From positions 22,134,001 to 22,198,000 of the forward strand of contig OX597842.1 in NCBI GenBank assembly GCA_951406725.2: a DNA stretch of 64,000 bases, given 5' to 3'. The notes beneath the pieces are model-generated. The model did no database searches, was not told where the DNA came from, and saw only the letters and a list, made by a program, of their open reading frames with translations. A program made the translations under genes and the position numbers. Shown in pieces: positions 11,870-24,733 of the stretch; position 1 is the first letter of the stretch; every line of letters begins with the position of its first letter. This DNA comes from Octopus vulgaris. Taxonomy: Eukaryota.

Positions 11870-12684
11870 TGAGAAGTTTTAAGCAGATCAGGATGAAAAT
11901 GTCACTAGAAGCTGGGATCACCAAGCATAGATTGGCATATTTCGGTCATATTATGTGGAGAAAATCCCTGGAGAAGGACATCATGCTTAGAATGGTCAGA
12001 GAGGAAGAGGCCAACCAAGAACCGGTTGGCTTGACACCATCAAGAGGGATACCGGAATGGACATAGTCATTCTGAAAGAAGCAGTCTAGGATAGAACTGA
12101 CTGGAGGACACTGATCCAACAAGTGACTGAGAGTCGACTTCGACTGAGCATATACGGAATGGTCAGTGGCAAGAGAGGAAGAGGCCAACCAAGAACCGGC
12201 TGGCTTGACACTATCAAGAGTGATACCAGAATGGACATGGCCAATCTGGAGGAAGCGGCCCAGGATAGAACTGACTGGAGGACACTGATCCAACAAGTGA
12301 CTGAGAGTCGACTTCGACTGAGCATATACGGAATGGTCAGTGGCAAGAGAGGAAGAGGCCAACCAAGAACCGGCTGGCTTGACACCATCAAGAGTGATAC
12401 CAGAATGGACATGGCCAATCTGAAGGAAGCGGCCCAGGATAGAACTGACTGGAGGACACTGATCCAACAAGTGACTGAGAGTCGACTTCGACTGAGCATA
12501 TACGGAATGGTCAGTGGCAAGAGAGGAAGAGGCCAACCAAGAACCGGCTGGCTTGACACTATCAAGAGTGATACCAGAATGGACATGGCCAATCTGGAGG
12601 AAGCGGCCCAGGATAGAACTGACTGGAGGACACTGATCCATCGAGTGACCGAGAGACGACTTCGACTGAGCGGATAGATAGATA
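11870..12684 (+). mobile_element. RTE LINE 3' end with a 174-bp unit repeated four times
   Basis: RLAYFGHIM...GKRGRGQPRTGWLDTIK...DRTDWR is an RTE RT C-terminal signature; ends in (GATA)n. Confidence 0.85.
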
Positions 12685-13377
12685 GCTAAAAATTGGTTTC
12701 AATTTTGAGCACAAGGCCAGCAATTTTGGGGGCGGGAGTAAGTCGATTACATAGACACCAGTGTTTAACAGGTACTTATTTTATCGACCCCAAAAGGATG
12801 AAAAGCAAAGTCACCCCAGACTGCATTTGAACTCAGAATGTAACGACATGAAATACCGGCAAGCATTTTGCTCAGCACACTAACAATTCAGCCACTTCAC
12901 CATCTTTACTAATAATAACATATTTGTTTCAAATTTTGGCACAAGGCCAGCAATTTTGGGCTGAGGGTGCTAGTTGATTGCTTTGATCACAGCACTCAAC
13001 TGGTAATTTTTTATTGACCCCAAAAGGATGAAAGGCAAAGCCGAACTCAGTGGGATTTGAACTCAGAACATAAAAATGGACAAAATGCCGCTAAGAAACG
13101 GTTTTACCTCTTTAACCCTTTCATTGCCAACCCAGCTGAACAGTACACATATCTGTGGAATACTCAGCCAATTGCACGTTAACTCATGGGTAATTAAATC
13201 ATTTGACCAAAAAAACTAAATCCTCGCTGCCAGACGGTGGAGATCCATCAGCATTATAAGCGTTATAAACCGATCAAAACCTTTTTTTTTTTCCACCGAA
13301 ATTAGGCTCATGTACTTGCTTATCTCCCTTTACTCGCATACTTATCGTCTTTCACTGAGTAATACAGCAACACAAAA

Positions 13378-14318
13378 GGCGGCGAGCTGGCAGAATCGTT
13401 AGCACGCCGGGCGAAATGCGTAGCCGTATTTCGTCTGCCGTTACGTTCTGAGTTCAAATTCCACCGAGGTCGACTTTGCCTTTCATCCTTTCGGGGTCAA
13501 TAAATTAAGTACCAGTTACGCACTGGGGTTAATATAATCGATGGATTTAATCCGTTTGTCTGTCCTTGTTTGTCCCCTGTGTTTAGCCCCTTAAGAGTAG
13601 TAGAGAAATAGGTATTTCGTCTGCCGCTACATTCTGAGTTCAAATTCCGCCGAGGTCGACTTTGCCTTTCATCCTTGCGGGGTCGATAAATTAAGTACCA
13701 GTTACGCACTGGGTCAATATAATCGACTTAATCCGCTTGTCTGTCCTTGTTTAGCCCCTTAAGGGTAGTAAAGAAATAGGTATTTCGTCTGCCGTTACAT
13801 TCTGAGTTCAAATTCCGCCGAGGTCAACTTTGCCTTTCATCCTTTCGTGGTCGATAAATTAAGTACCAGTTACGCACTAGGGTCAATATAATCGACTTAA
13901 TCCGTTTGTCTGTCCTTGTTTGTCCCCTCTGTGTTTAGCCCCTGAAGGGTAGTAAAGAAATAGGTATTTCGTCTGCTGCTATGTTCTGAGTTCAAATTCC
14001 GCCGAGGTCGACTTTGACTTTCATCCTTTCGGGGTCGATAAATTAAGTACCAGTTACGCACTGGGGTCGATGTAATCGACTTACTCCGTTTGTCCCCTCT
14101 GTGTTTAGCCCCTTGTGGGTAGTAAAGAAATAGGTATTTCGTCTGCCGCTACATTCTGAGTTCAAATTCCGCCGAGGTCGACTTTGCCTTTCATCCTTTC
14201 GGGGTCGATAAATTAAGTACCAGTTGCGCACTGGGGTCGATGTAATAGACTTAATCCGTTTGTTTGTCCTCTCTGTATTTAGCCCCTTGTGGGTAGTAAA
14301 GAAATAGAAATAGGTATT
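13378..14318 (+). repeat. SINE S1 tandem array: one head plus five ~170-185-bp bodies
   Basis: Every internal junction reads GAAATA|GGTATTTCGTCTG. Confidence 0.85.
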
Positions 14319-15245
14319 TGGTCAGTTTTTCTCCTTGATATAATTGCCTCTTCAGTTATCCGCTAGGAGCAAAGTTGTTATTAATAGGCCTTAATAATGG
14401 TTGTGATTATAGATTAGTATCTACCATCGACTTATGTTTTTGGCTGGATCTTTATTTTATTGATTCCGAAGCAATGAAAGATAAAATTGACATCGGCAGA
14501 ATTTGAGCTCAGAACGAAAGAGGCACTGCTTGGCCTAAATAATTACTATTAATTTTGGTACACGACTATAATTTCGTTTCGGTATAGTATTTCCCTTTTT
14601 ATAAGTTTTCGTCAGGGATACCTGTAGTAGTAGATATTCTTTGACCTTTTCTCCGAAATTAGTGACTTTTCTGGGTGAATTTCTACATTTGTGTCAAAGC
14701 TGCAGAGGAAAGGATTATACGGAAGATAAGAAGTCAGATTAGATTGTGAGTAAAGCAATAATTTCATCTCATTTTTATATTTTAGTTCGTTTTCTCATTC
14801 TACAAACCTCCCACAAGAACTGTAAAAGAATTTCCAGTCTGAAATCTTAAGATATTCAAGTTTTGTTTACATTTTACCCATCATAAATACTATACTAAAT
14901 CTGCTAAAATTATGAAAATTAAGTTATCACTCTGTATTATAATTAACAATACCTTCAGACAATAACTGGTCGGAGGTAAAGAATACGTACACCACTCGTT
15001 TTTTGGCGTAACAAAAACCCTAACCATCGGGTGTATGTATTTTTTACTTTCGCCCAATTAATCTTCCTTTTGTTGCCGTAAGTAACAACGACTGTTGCAA
15101 AAGTTGCAAGATGCAACAAAAATTTTAGGAAAAATGAATACCTAAATGAGTGGAAATCGAACCAGTGTGTGTGTTAAATAATAAGGCATTAAAAGAGAAT
15201 GACCCTCCCCAGACACGATAACAATATACAGTAATATCGTTATAA

Positions 15246-15311
<66 letters not shown>

Positions 15312-15365
15312 ATATGTATATATATATATACATATATATATACATATATATATATGTGTGTGTGT

Positions 15366-15820
15366 GGAAGCGCAATGGTCCAGTGGTTAGGGCAGCGGAC
15401 TCGCGGTTTCGATTCCCAGACCGGGCATTGTGAGTGTTTATTGAGCGAAAACACCTAAAGCTCCACGAGGCTCCAGCAGGGGGTAGTGGTGAACTCTGCT
15501 GTTCTCTTTCACCATAACTTCCTCTCTTTCGTTCAGTTGTACCTGTATTTCAAAGGGCCAGCCTTGTCACACTCTGTGTCACGCTGAATCTCCCCGTGTC
15601 TGTGGAGTGCTCAGCCACTTGTACGTTAATAAATGAGCTGCGACGTCACTGGTGCCAAGCTGTATCGGACTTTGCCTTTCCCTTGGATAACATTGGTGGT
15701 GTGGAGAGGGGAGGCTGGTATGCATGGGCGACTGCTGGACTTCCATAAACAACCTTGCCCAGACTTGTGCCTCGGAGGGTAACTTTCTTGGTGCAATGGT
15801 CATTCATGACCGAAGGGGGT
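15366..15820 (+). mobile_element. tRNA-derived SINE (family S3)
   Basis: A box TGGTCCAGTGG, B-box-like GGTTTCGATTCCC; relatives at 18578-19030, 24870-25140 and 25475-25810. Confidence 0.7.
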
Positions 15821-15907
15821 CACAATATATATATACAGGGTGCTCCACAAAAAAAACCCCAGGAAATTCGATACAGTTTTTTTTTTTATTGTTGGAAATA
15901 GAAAATA

Positions 15908-16150
15908 GAGTGGTTGTATACTGTCAACTTAACGTGACAGTCCTGTAAGGGAATTACACCACCGATGTTTAGCCCTAGGAAGCATCGACGCTTCCTGTCG
16001 GCCTTGACACATTTCCTGTGTCCTTATATATTTACGAAGGGGAGACAAATACCACCAACAGCTAGGCCTGCATCTTTGCCCATCATCGGTCTAGAGTAGC
16101 AGAGGCCTGCTAGCTGAAGATATCTGTCTAGACTTCGTAAATATATATAT
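15908..16150 (-). mobile_element. Hairpin element with a disrupted hammerhead core (sibling of 45875-46135)
   Basis: First ~120 bp very similar to 45875-45995; the - strand keeps CCGATGA-TGGGC but lacks GAAA and stem III. Confidence 0.6.
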
Positions 16151-16541
16151 ACTAGCAGTATCACCCGGCGTTGCTCGGGTTTGTTTCGACCCTATAGAAT
16201 TGGAATTTTTGAAAAGTAAAAATTTTGCATTATGTAGCTTGTTATTCTCTTTAAGTGAACATTTTTCTGGTTGAAATACACCGAAAAATGGTGACAAAGC
16301 AGTAAAAAAATCGTAAAAAATAGGGCTTTTCATAGAAAAAAAGCACCTTTTTGATGTAAATAATTTTTGGTGTTAACATGGTCTGATTTGAATTTTTTGT
16401 TGTATGGAAGGAAGAGCAAGCCTTCTTCTATCATACTCTCAATTTTGGTCAACTTGCACAGCAGGGTCTCTTAGGAGATGGTGTTAGTTGAAGGCTACCA
16501 AACCTGCCATACACAGACAACTTCAGCTTTATATATAGAGA
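16151..16541 (-). mobile_element. Non-autonomous Helitron family A
   Basis: On the - strand: TCTCTATATATAAAGCTG start, hairpin+CTAG end. Confidence 0.8.
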
Positions 16542-17347
16542 GGTTTCACTCAACTTTCACTGTTACCTTCCTCTGTCAATAAATATCCAGTTATTCTTAA
16601 ACTTACTTCAAAATGATGATGAACATCACCACTGCTATCATCATCATTTTAACATCCACTTTCCCATGCCTGCATGGGTCAGGTGGAATATGTTGAAGGG
16701 CAATTTCCACAGTTGGATGCTCTTCCTGTCCCCAAGCTTTATCTGTTTCTAAATAAGGTAATATCTCCACCCTGGCTGGACTGGTTTCCATGAAGATTGG
16801 AATCCAATCACACCATTTGCATTGCAGTGACACCCTTAACAGACAACATATCATTTCCTGTACCCTGTAATAAGGTATGGGGTCATTTAATAATTGTTGC
16901 TAAACCAACACTGCGACCCACCACCCTCTACTTTGGTAAATGCTGTCTCTCAGCACTTTTGCGTCGATACTTACTGACCAGTGATACATTGATGACTGTT
17001 TCATCTCAGTATGACCCTCACTCCTCCATGGGTTGGCTTGGTGTTGAGTCAAATATTTATTGTTGCCGTGGTGGTCATAAAACCCAATTATTTTCTATGT
17101 TGCATGTAGTGTAGATATCTCATATGTAATGTCTTTATTGTTCAGCCGCACGTGATGTTTGATGTGGTCCTGCACAGAATCACTACGGTTTGTAGGATGG
17201 AGTCATACATACATATATGCATTCCTACATACATACATGCATGCATGCATACATACATACATACATGCATATATACATATGTATGTATGTATACAATGTT
17301 AGAGGTATGGGTATAGGAGCACATGCATAATATACTTGCATGTATGC

Positions 17348-17393
<46 letters not shown>

Positions 17394-18111
17394 TGTATAT
17401 ATATATACGTATGTATATATATATATAAACACACATGTGTATGTACATATATATAAATTTGAAATTACAATCAAGAGAACAGAGTACATAATAATGTAAA
17501 TTGTAACTATATATGCATGAATATATACATACATACATACATACATACATACATTTATACCTAAACATATGTATACATATCCATAAGTCTACTACAGAAA
17601 ATGAAACTTAGCGCGCGAAGTTCTTTGAAGTTCGCACTCCGCTTGTGTGTGTGTGCGTGCTTTAGGTGTACGTAGGTATGTGTTTTTGTGTGTGTGTCAC
17701 TGAAGCCATACATACATATATACATACATAACCTCTCTCTCTCTCTTTTCTGTCTCAGTCACTCACTACGAAAAGTGAATTACTTTCACTTTAATTGTTG
17801 CAGACTTGCAAAGAGAAAGGAGTAGAAATTAGAGTGATAGCATGAGTGAATCAGATCGCTCCGTTTTTGTGTGTGTGTGCGTGTGCTGTAGCCCACACTA
17901 AGAAAAGCACTTGACTTAGACACCACAAAGTGAGTTTTCTCTAAATTTTGCTTAATTGGGGTTGAAATTTTAAAAACCGGACCTGGCACGACCCGATTTA
18001 TTCTACTCTTAAAAATGCTAGTAAATTGTAATTGAAGAAATCCTATATTGTAGATTTCTATAAGAGACAAAGGGAGGCAGATAAAATCTGCCTTTTATAA
18101 TAAGAGATATA

Positions 18112-18570
18112 TTTTCAGTGAAGTTTATTCAGTGAAGAATAAACTAAACAGAAAATAGTTATTGTTAAAATAGAACAAAAACACAAATGTTGGATGTGTT
18201 CAAAATGCTTTCCATGGGCAACTGCACAACAACATAGACAGTTTAGCCAACATCCAGTTGCCCTTTGGATGATTTCAAGTGGGATATTGTTCCAAGCTTC
18301 CACAATCTAAGGATTGTATGTCTCTGACCGCTCTCTCCTCTGTAATTGAAGTTGATGTTACAGTAAACCCCACATGGTAAAATCCATTACGTTGAGATCT
18401 GGACTTTTTGAGGACCATTCATTAGGTTCAGTGAAATGAGAAGAATTGGCTCTGAGCCAGGCAACACTGCCCTTGGCTGTATGAGCCTTTGCTCCATCCT
18501 GTTGCCATGTCCATCTATCTCCTTTCGTTACTTCGTTTATGTTGTGGAATATTTGGGTGCACATTTCATC
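18112..18570 (-). pseudogene. Tc1/mariner-superfamily transposase relic (catalytic C-terminal part)
   Basis: WQQDGAKAHTAK...EWSSKSPDLNVMDFTMWG and AWNNIPLEIIQRA...W; cut upstream by SINEs. Confidence 0.8.
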
Positions 18571-19464
18571 TCGATGTGGAGGTGCGTGGCTTAGTGGTTA
18601 GGGTGTCAGCATCATGATCGCAAGATTGTGGTTTCGATTCCTGGACCGGGCAACGCATTGTGTTCTTGAGCAAGACACTTCATTTCACGTTGCTCCAGTC
18701 CACTCAGCTGGCAAAAATGAGTAACGCTGCGATGGACTGGCGTCCCGTCCAGCTGGAGTACACACATATGCCATAGAAATCGGGAAACTGGGCCCATGAG
18801 CCTGGCTAGGCTTTAAAAGGACGCAAGTGGAGGCACGTGGCTTAGTGGTTAGGGTGTCAGCATCATGATCGTAAGATTGTAGTTTTGATTCCTGGACCGG
18901 GCGATGCGTTGTGTTCTTGAGCAAGACACTTCATTTCACGTTGCTCCAGTCCACTCAGCTGGCAAAAATGAGTAATGCTGCGATGGACTGGCTGGGGAAC
19001 ACATTCGCCATAGAAACTGGGCCCATGAGCCTGGGTAGGCTTTAAAAGGGCGTGTTTATTTTTATTATTATTTCATCTTGATACACGAGCTGGTTTACTG
19101 TTTTTCTTTCTTTCTTCTGTACGATGGAAGATGTTCTTGCCCAACAGCATCTCCTTCAATAAACTGCAATTCCGTTTTTACCATACCAGGAGACTGCACT
19201 ATAACACATGAGTGATGGCTGTTGTTTATCAGTTTCCACCAGTAGATCATTCTCAGAAATGTTTGTTTTAACCTGGACAGCACGATACATGCAATCATTT
19301 TGGGAGTTCAAAGGTGAATGAAAACTGAAATTTAATTCATTGGAAAGCTACATTTGTTTCCACTTATTGTGTCCTTTGAAACGATTTATCGGTGCCGGAC
19401 ATTTTTGTTCTCATGCTTTTTCATGTGCTTCGGTAAGAAAATTGCATTTAATTCTCCTACAGCA

Positions 19465-19627
19465 GGCACAGGAGTGGCTGTGTGGTAAGTAGCTTGTTTA
19501 CCAACCACATGGTTCCGGGTTCAGTCCCACTGCGTGGCACCTTGGGCAAGTGTCTTCTACTATAGCCTCGGGCTGACCAAAGCCTTGTGAGTGGATTTGG
19601 TAGACGGAAACTGAAAGAAGCCCATTG

Positions 19628-19667
<40 letters not shown>

Positions 19668-19828
19668 TGCAGGAGTGGCTGTGTGGTAAGTAGCTTGCTT
19701 ACCAACCACATGGTTCCGGGTTCAGTCCCACTGCGTGGCACCTTGGGCAAGTGTCTTCTACTATAGCCTCGGGCTGACCAAAGCTTTGTGAGTGGATTTG
19801 GTAGACAGAAACTGAAAGAAGCCCATTG

Positions 19829-19870
<42 letters not shown>

Positions 19871-20031
19871 TGCAGGAGTGGCTGTGTGGTAAGTAGCTTG
19901 CTTACCAACCACATGGTTCCGGGTTCAGTCCCACTGCGTGGCACCTTGGGCAAGTGTCTTCTACTATAGCCTCGGGCTGACCAAAGCTTTGTGAGTGGAT
20001 TTGGTAGACGGAAACTGAAAGAAGCCCATTG

Positions 20032-20073
<42 letters not shown>

Positions 20074-20232
20074 CAGGAGTGGCTGTGTGGTAAGTAGCTT
20101 GCTTACCAACCACATGGTTCCGGGTTCAGTCCCACTGCGTGGCACCTTGGGCAAGTGTCTTCTACTATAGCCTCGGGCTGACCAAAGCTTTGTGAGTGGA
20201 TTTGGTAGACAGAAACTGAAAGAAGCCCATTG

Positions 20233-20274
<42 letters not shown>

Positions 20275-20433
20275 CAGGAGTGGCTGTGTGGTAAGTAGCT
20301 TGCTTACCAACCACATGGTTCCGGGTTCAGTCCCACTGCGTGGCACCTTGGGCAAGTGTCTTCTACTATAGCCTCGGGCTGACCAAAGCCTTGTGAGTGG
20401 ATTTGGTAGACGGAAACTGAAAGAAGCCCATTG

Positions 20434-20471
<38 letters not shown>

Positions 20472-20627
20472 TGCAGGAGTGGCTGTGTGGTAAGTAGCTT
20501 GCTTACCAACCACATGGTTCCGGGTTCAGTCCCACTGCGTGGCACCTTGGGCAAGTGTCTTCTACTATAGCCTCGGGCTGACCAAAGCCTTGTGAGTGGA
20601 TTTGGTAGACGGAAACTGAAAGAAGCC

Positions 20628-20684
<57 letters not shown>

Positions 20685-20845
20685 TGCAGGAGTGGCTGTG
20701 TGGTAAGTAGCTTGCTTACCAACCACATGGTTCCGGGTTCAGTCCCACTGCGTGGCACCTTGGGCAAGCGTCTTCTACTATAGCCTCGGGCTGACCAAAG
20801 CTTTGTGAGTGGATTTGGTAGACAGAAACTGAAAGAAGCCCATTG

Positions 20846-20887
<42 letters not shown>

Positions 20888-21285
20888 CAGGAGTGGCTGT
20901 GTGGTAAGTAGCTTGCTTACCAACCACATGGTTCCGGGTTCAGTCCCACTGCGTGGCACCTTGGGCAAGCGTCTTCTACTATAGCCTCGGGCTGACCAAA
21001 GCCTTGTGAGTGGATTTGGTAGACAGAAACTGAAAGAAGCCTGTCGTATATATGTATATATATATATATATATGTGTGTGTGTCTGTGTTTGTCCCCCTA
21101 GCATTGCTTGACAACCGATGCTGGTGTGTTTATGTCCCCGTCACTTAGCGGTTCGGCAAAAGAGACCGATAGAATAAGTTCTGGGCTTACAAAAGAATAA
21201 GTACCGGGGTTGAGTTGCTCGATTAAAGGTGGTGCTTCAGCATGGCCGCAGTCAAATGACTGAAACAAGTAAAAGAGAAAGAGAG
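19465..21285 (+). repeat. Eight tandem SINE S2 heads with (TA)n(GA)n linkers (~200-bp period); the last continues into a full SINE
   Basis: Unit starts near 19465, 19668, 19871, 20072, 20273, 20472, 20685 and 20886. Confidence 0.9.
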
Positions 21286-22504
21286 CACTTTAATTTGGAT
21301 TGTTGAAAAATGTGAAGGACTGTAGTTCTCAGCAGACTTCACATTGACTGGAATGTTTTCTTTTGTGTGTTGGTGGTGTGACAGCAAGGTCCAACACAGC
21401 CCATTTGGTAGGCAAATGAATTTTCTTGATTGTGCCTGATCCACACTTAAGGACTTTAGCAGCAGGTGACCCATCCCTTTTTAAGTACAGCTACAACATT
21501 GGTAAATTGATTTTTAGTTATCAAACTAAAGAATTCTCACAAAATTTCTTGGCATTTTTTTCAGTGCAAAGTCCTGTTGAGGCAAGTGAAATCAAAATCA
21601 AACCATCCCTGCACCTCTACGACCATGTCTATATAAAAATGTAGTAAAACTTTCACTGTTTTAATCTCTCTAATTCCTAATTATCTTGTATGTTTTACAC
21701 TGTTGTTTCTCTTTCGTTTCAGATTATCAGATGACATCTGCTTCACAGGATTTTGACATAAGCAACGTCATTAGAATGGAAAGTCTTTTGAAGACTGAGC
21801 AAAGATGTTATACAAAACACGTATAACCCTGTTTCTATAAATATTTACTGAATTACTGCAAAATATATCTTCTGAACTCTGACATATATGTAGCAAAATT
21901 TCTCTTCTTTATTGTCTGGAATACACAGAAAATTATATTTGCATATTAATTAATCATTTAGCATTTAAACTAGCACAAATATTCTGGAAATTTTATGTTA
22001 AAACTGCCCACATCTGGCCTCTCACACTCACCCTGCAGTGTCAATTTAAACATAAACAATCAAATCACTGAAGTCTCAGAGCTATGAGATAATCCATGAT
22101 TAATTCAAAACAATATGAATAAATAAGCATTACATTTCACAAAGGAATCTCAATGCTAAACGGTTAAACTGGCCATATTTTTGTGTGTTTTATATTCATA
22201 CTAGCCAGATCCCACCTCTCACACCCACCCTACAAGGTCATTCTAAACATAAACAATCACAACATTGAAATCTGAGCATGATAGCATAATGAATGATTAA
22301 TTCAGAAGAATTTCAATAAACATTCTATTTGACAGAGTAATCTGAATGTTAATGAGTTAAAGCAATTAAGAAGGCAGTTTGCAGCATCTTCAGATATTAA
22401 CAAAGTTCACTTTTGATGGAGATATATCAGTAGAAATATTTGTTCAGAGCAATATACGAGAAGAAGGAAAACCTTTGTGTACTGTGACGAGAGAAAGGAA
22501 AATT

Positions 22505-23707
22505 ATGGAAAATGAATTATATCAGAGTGAAGTTGAATGTAAAAGAGAGTCTGAAGAAATTGATTTTTCTGATGAGGAAAAGAATGAAAAGAGCAAAACA
22601 TCATTTGATTGTCATATCTGTGGCAAGTCGTTCTCTCGGAAAGCTAAATTAGTCATTCACGAACGTACTCATACAGGAGAAAAACCATATCACTGTGATA
22701 TCTGTGGTAAATTCTTCTCTCGAAACGATCACTTAACTAGGCACAAGAGTGGTGTTCACACAGGAGAAAAACCATATCACTGTGATATCTGTGGTAAATC
22801 TTGGACTCAGAAAGGTAACTTGACTACTCACCAACGTATTCATACAGGAGAGAAGCCATATCGCTCTGATATCTGTGGTAAGTCATTGTCACAAGATAGT
22901 GATTTAACAAGACACAAGCAGATTCACTCAAGAGGAAAATATTTGTACTGTGACATCTGTGGTAAATCATTCTCGCGGAAAGATAACTTAGTCATCCACC
23001 AACGTATTCATACAGGTGAGAAGCCATATCATTGTGTTATCTGTGGTAAATCGTTCGCTTGGAAAGGTAACTTGACTGCTCACCGACGTTTTCATACAGG
23101 AGAGAAGCCATATCACTGTGATATCTGTGGTAAACTATTGTCAAATCGTAGTACGTTAACAAGACACAAACAGATTCACACAAAAGGAAAATATTTACAG
23201 TGTGATGTCTGTGGTAAATCATTTTTTGATACTCATCATTTAACCACTCACAAACGCATTCATACAAGCGAAAAACCATATCGCTGTGATATCTGTGGTA
23301 AATCATTCTATGAAAATAGTTACCTAACTACTCACTTGCGCATTCATACAGGAGAAAAGCCATATCATTGCGATATCTGTGGTAAATCATTTTCTCATGG
23401 TCCCAGCTTAACTGTTCACAAATACATTCATTCAGGTGAGAAGCCATTTCACTGTGGAATCTGTGGTAAATCCTTCTCTCGAAATTATCACTTGACTACT
23501 CACAAGCACATTCATACTGGAGAGAAGCCATATCATTGTGAAATCTGTGGTAAATCCTTCATTCGAAATGATTACTTATCTAGTCACAAACGTACTCACA
23601 CAGGTGAGAAGGCATATCATTGTGATATCTGTGGTAAATCGTTTGCTCAGAGAAGCAGCTTGACTACTCACAAGAGCATTCATATGAGAGACAAACCACA
23701 CCAATGA
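22505..23707 (+). CDS. C2H2 zinc-finger protein, 13 fingers (finger 4 has C>S), MENEL subfamily
   Basis: The ORF track starts at TTG 22379; the first ATG (MENEL) at 22505 matches the paralogs. Candidate acceptor CTTTCGTTTCAG at 21722. Confidence 0.9.
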   Translation: MENELYQSEVECKRESEEIDFSDEEKNEKSKTSFDCHICGKSFSRKAKLVIHERTHTGEKPYHCDICGKFFSRNDHLTRHKSGVHTGEKPYHCDICGKSWTQKGNLTTHQRIHTGEKPYRSDICGKSLSQDSDLTRHKQIHSRGKYLYCDICGKSFSRKDNLVIHQRIHTGEKPYHCVICGKSFAWKGNLTAHRRFHTGEKPYHCDICGKLLSNRSTLTRHKQIHTKGKYLQCDVCGKSFFDTHHLTTHKRIHTSEKPYRCDICGKSFYENSYLTTHLRIHTGEKPYHCDICGKSFSHGPSLTVHKYIHSGEKPFHCGICGKSFSRNYHLTTHKHIHTGEKPYHCEICGKSFIRNDYLSSHKRTHTGEKAYHCDICGKSFAQRSSLTTHKSIHMRDKPHQ

Positions 23708-24512
23708 TCCATCATCATTGTTTTCACGTCCACGGTTGCCATGCTCTCATGGGTCAGATGGAATTTGGTGAGGTGGATTTTCTCTGTCCAGATGGCCATC
23801 TTGTTACCAACTTTCACCTGTTTCAAACTAAGATATTTCCCCATGATCAGACATGTTTTTATGTCAGATTGGAGATGGACACTGCTTGTATGGTAGTGAC
23901 ACTCGTTTACAACTATCACACAGTCTCAAGGCAAGGATATAATAACACACACACACATACACACATTCATAAGCCCCTCACACTTCTATGAAACATCCCC
24001 CTCTATCCTTTGTACCACTAATATTCCCCCACCACCAATACCTTTTGTGTATGTCCTCATACATCTCCATCACCATCCATTTCTCTCTATATATCTGAAA
24101 ACAATTATAATAATAATATTTTGTCTATTCTAAATAATCTTGACATTGTTCTTGACTTTACATAAAATATTCTTTACATTCTACTGTTGTTTTATTGTCA
24201 TTTATTTACAAGTATTATAAATTTTATTGGTAAAATATTTTTCTGGGAATGAATTACAATTTATAACATTGCTTCTATGGGAAATTATTGCTTTGCTTTA
24301 TGAGTTTTCACTTTAGGAGCAATCTCCAGGAAGAAATTAACTCATATATCAAGGCATTATTGTATCTGACAGTATTTTGGCACAAGGCCAACAATTTCAG
24401 GGGAAGGAGTAAGTTGAATAACCACATGGATCAGCATGTGTGCTTTTTATGTGAACTAGCGTGAGTGCTTCTTACAGGAACCCACACAATATATATATAT
24501 ATATTTATATAT

Positions 24513-24733
24513 GTATATTCAAAGGGCTAAAGAGCCACTAGGTGGTTGGCCGTATGCTAGAAGTAGATCACCGACGATCAAACTACAAAGAAAAGAATGT
24601 TCTCTAGAGGAAAATTCAGCGGACACCAGAACAATTTTCCTGTAGAGAACATTCTTTTCTTTGTAGTTTGATCGTTGGTGATCTATTTCTAGCATACGGC
24701 CGACTACCTTGTGGTCTTGCCCTTTGAATATAC
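24513..24733. repeat. Long inverted repeat, ~100-bp arms and ~16-nt loop
   Basis: GTATATTCAAAGGGC...GGAAAATT pairs with AATTTTCC...GCCCTTTGAATATAC. Confidence 0.9.

Noticed and set aside
13378-13470. SINE heads as real tRNA genes
   Set aside because: They have A/B boxes but I could not fold a complete cloverleaf, and they are attached to SINE bodies.
19457-20968. 200-aa repeat ORFs on the - strand
   Set aside because: Antisense translation of the SINE array.
22379-22504. ORF-track N-terminal extensions MQHLQ... (also 30699)
   Set aside because: They begin at TTG; the conserved ATG is downstream, and the equivalent region of the 46358 gene is not open.
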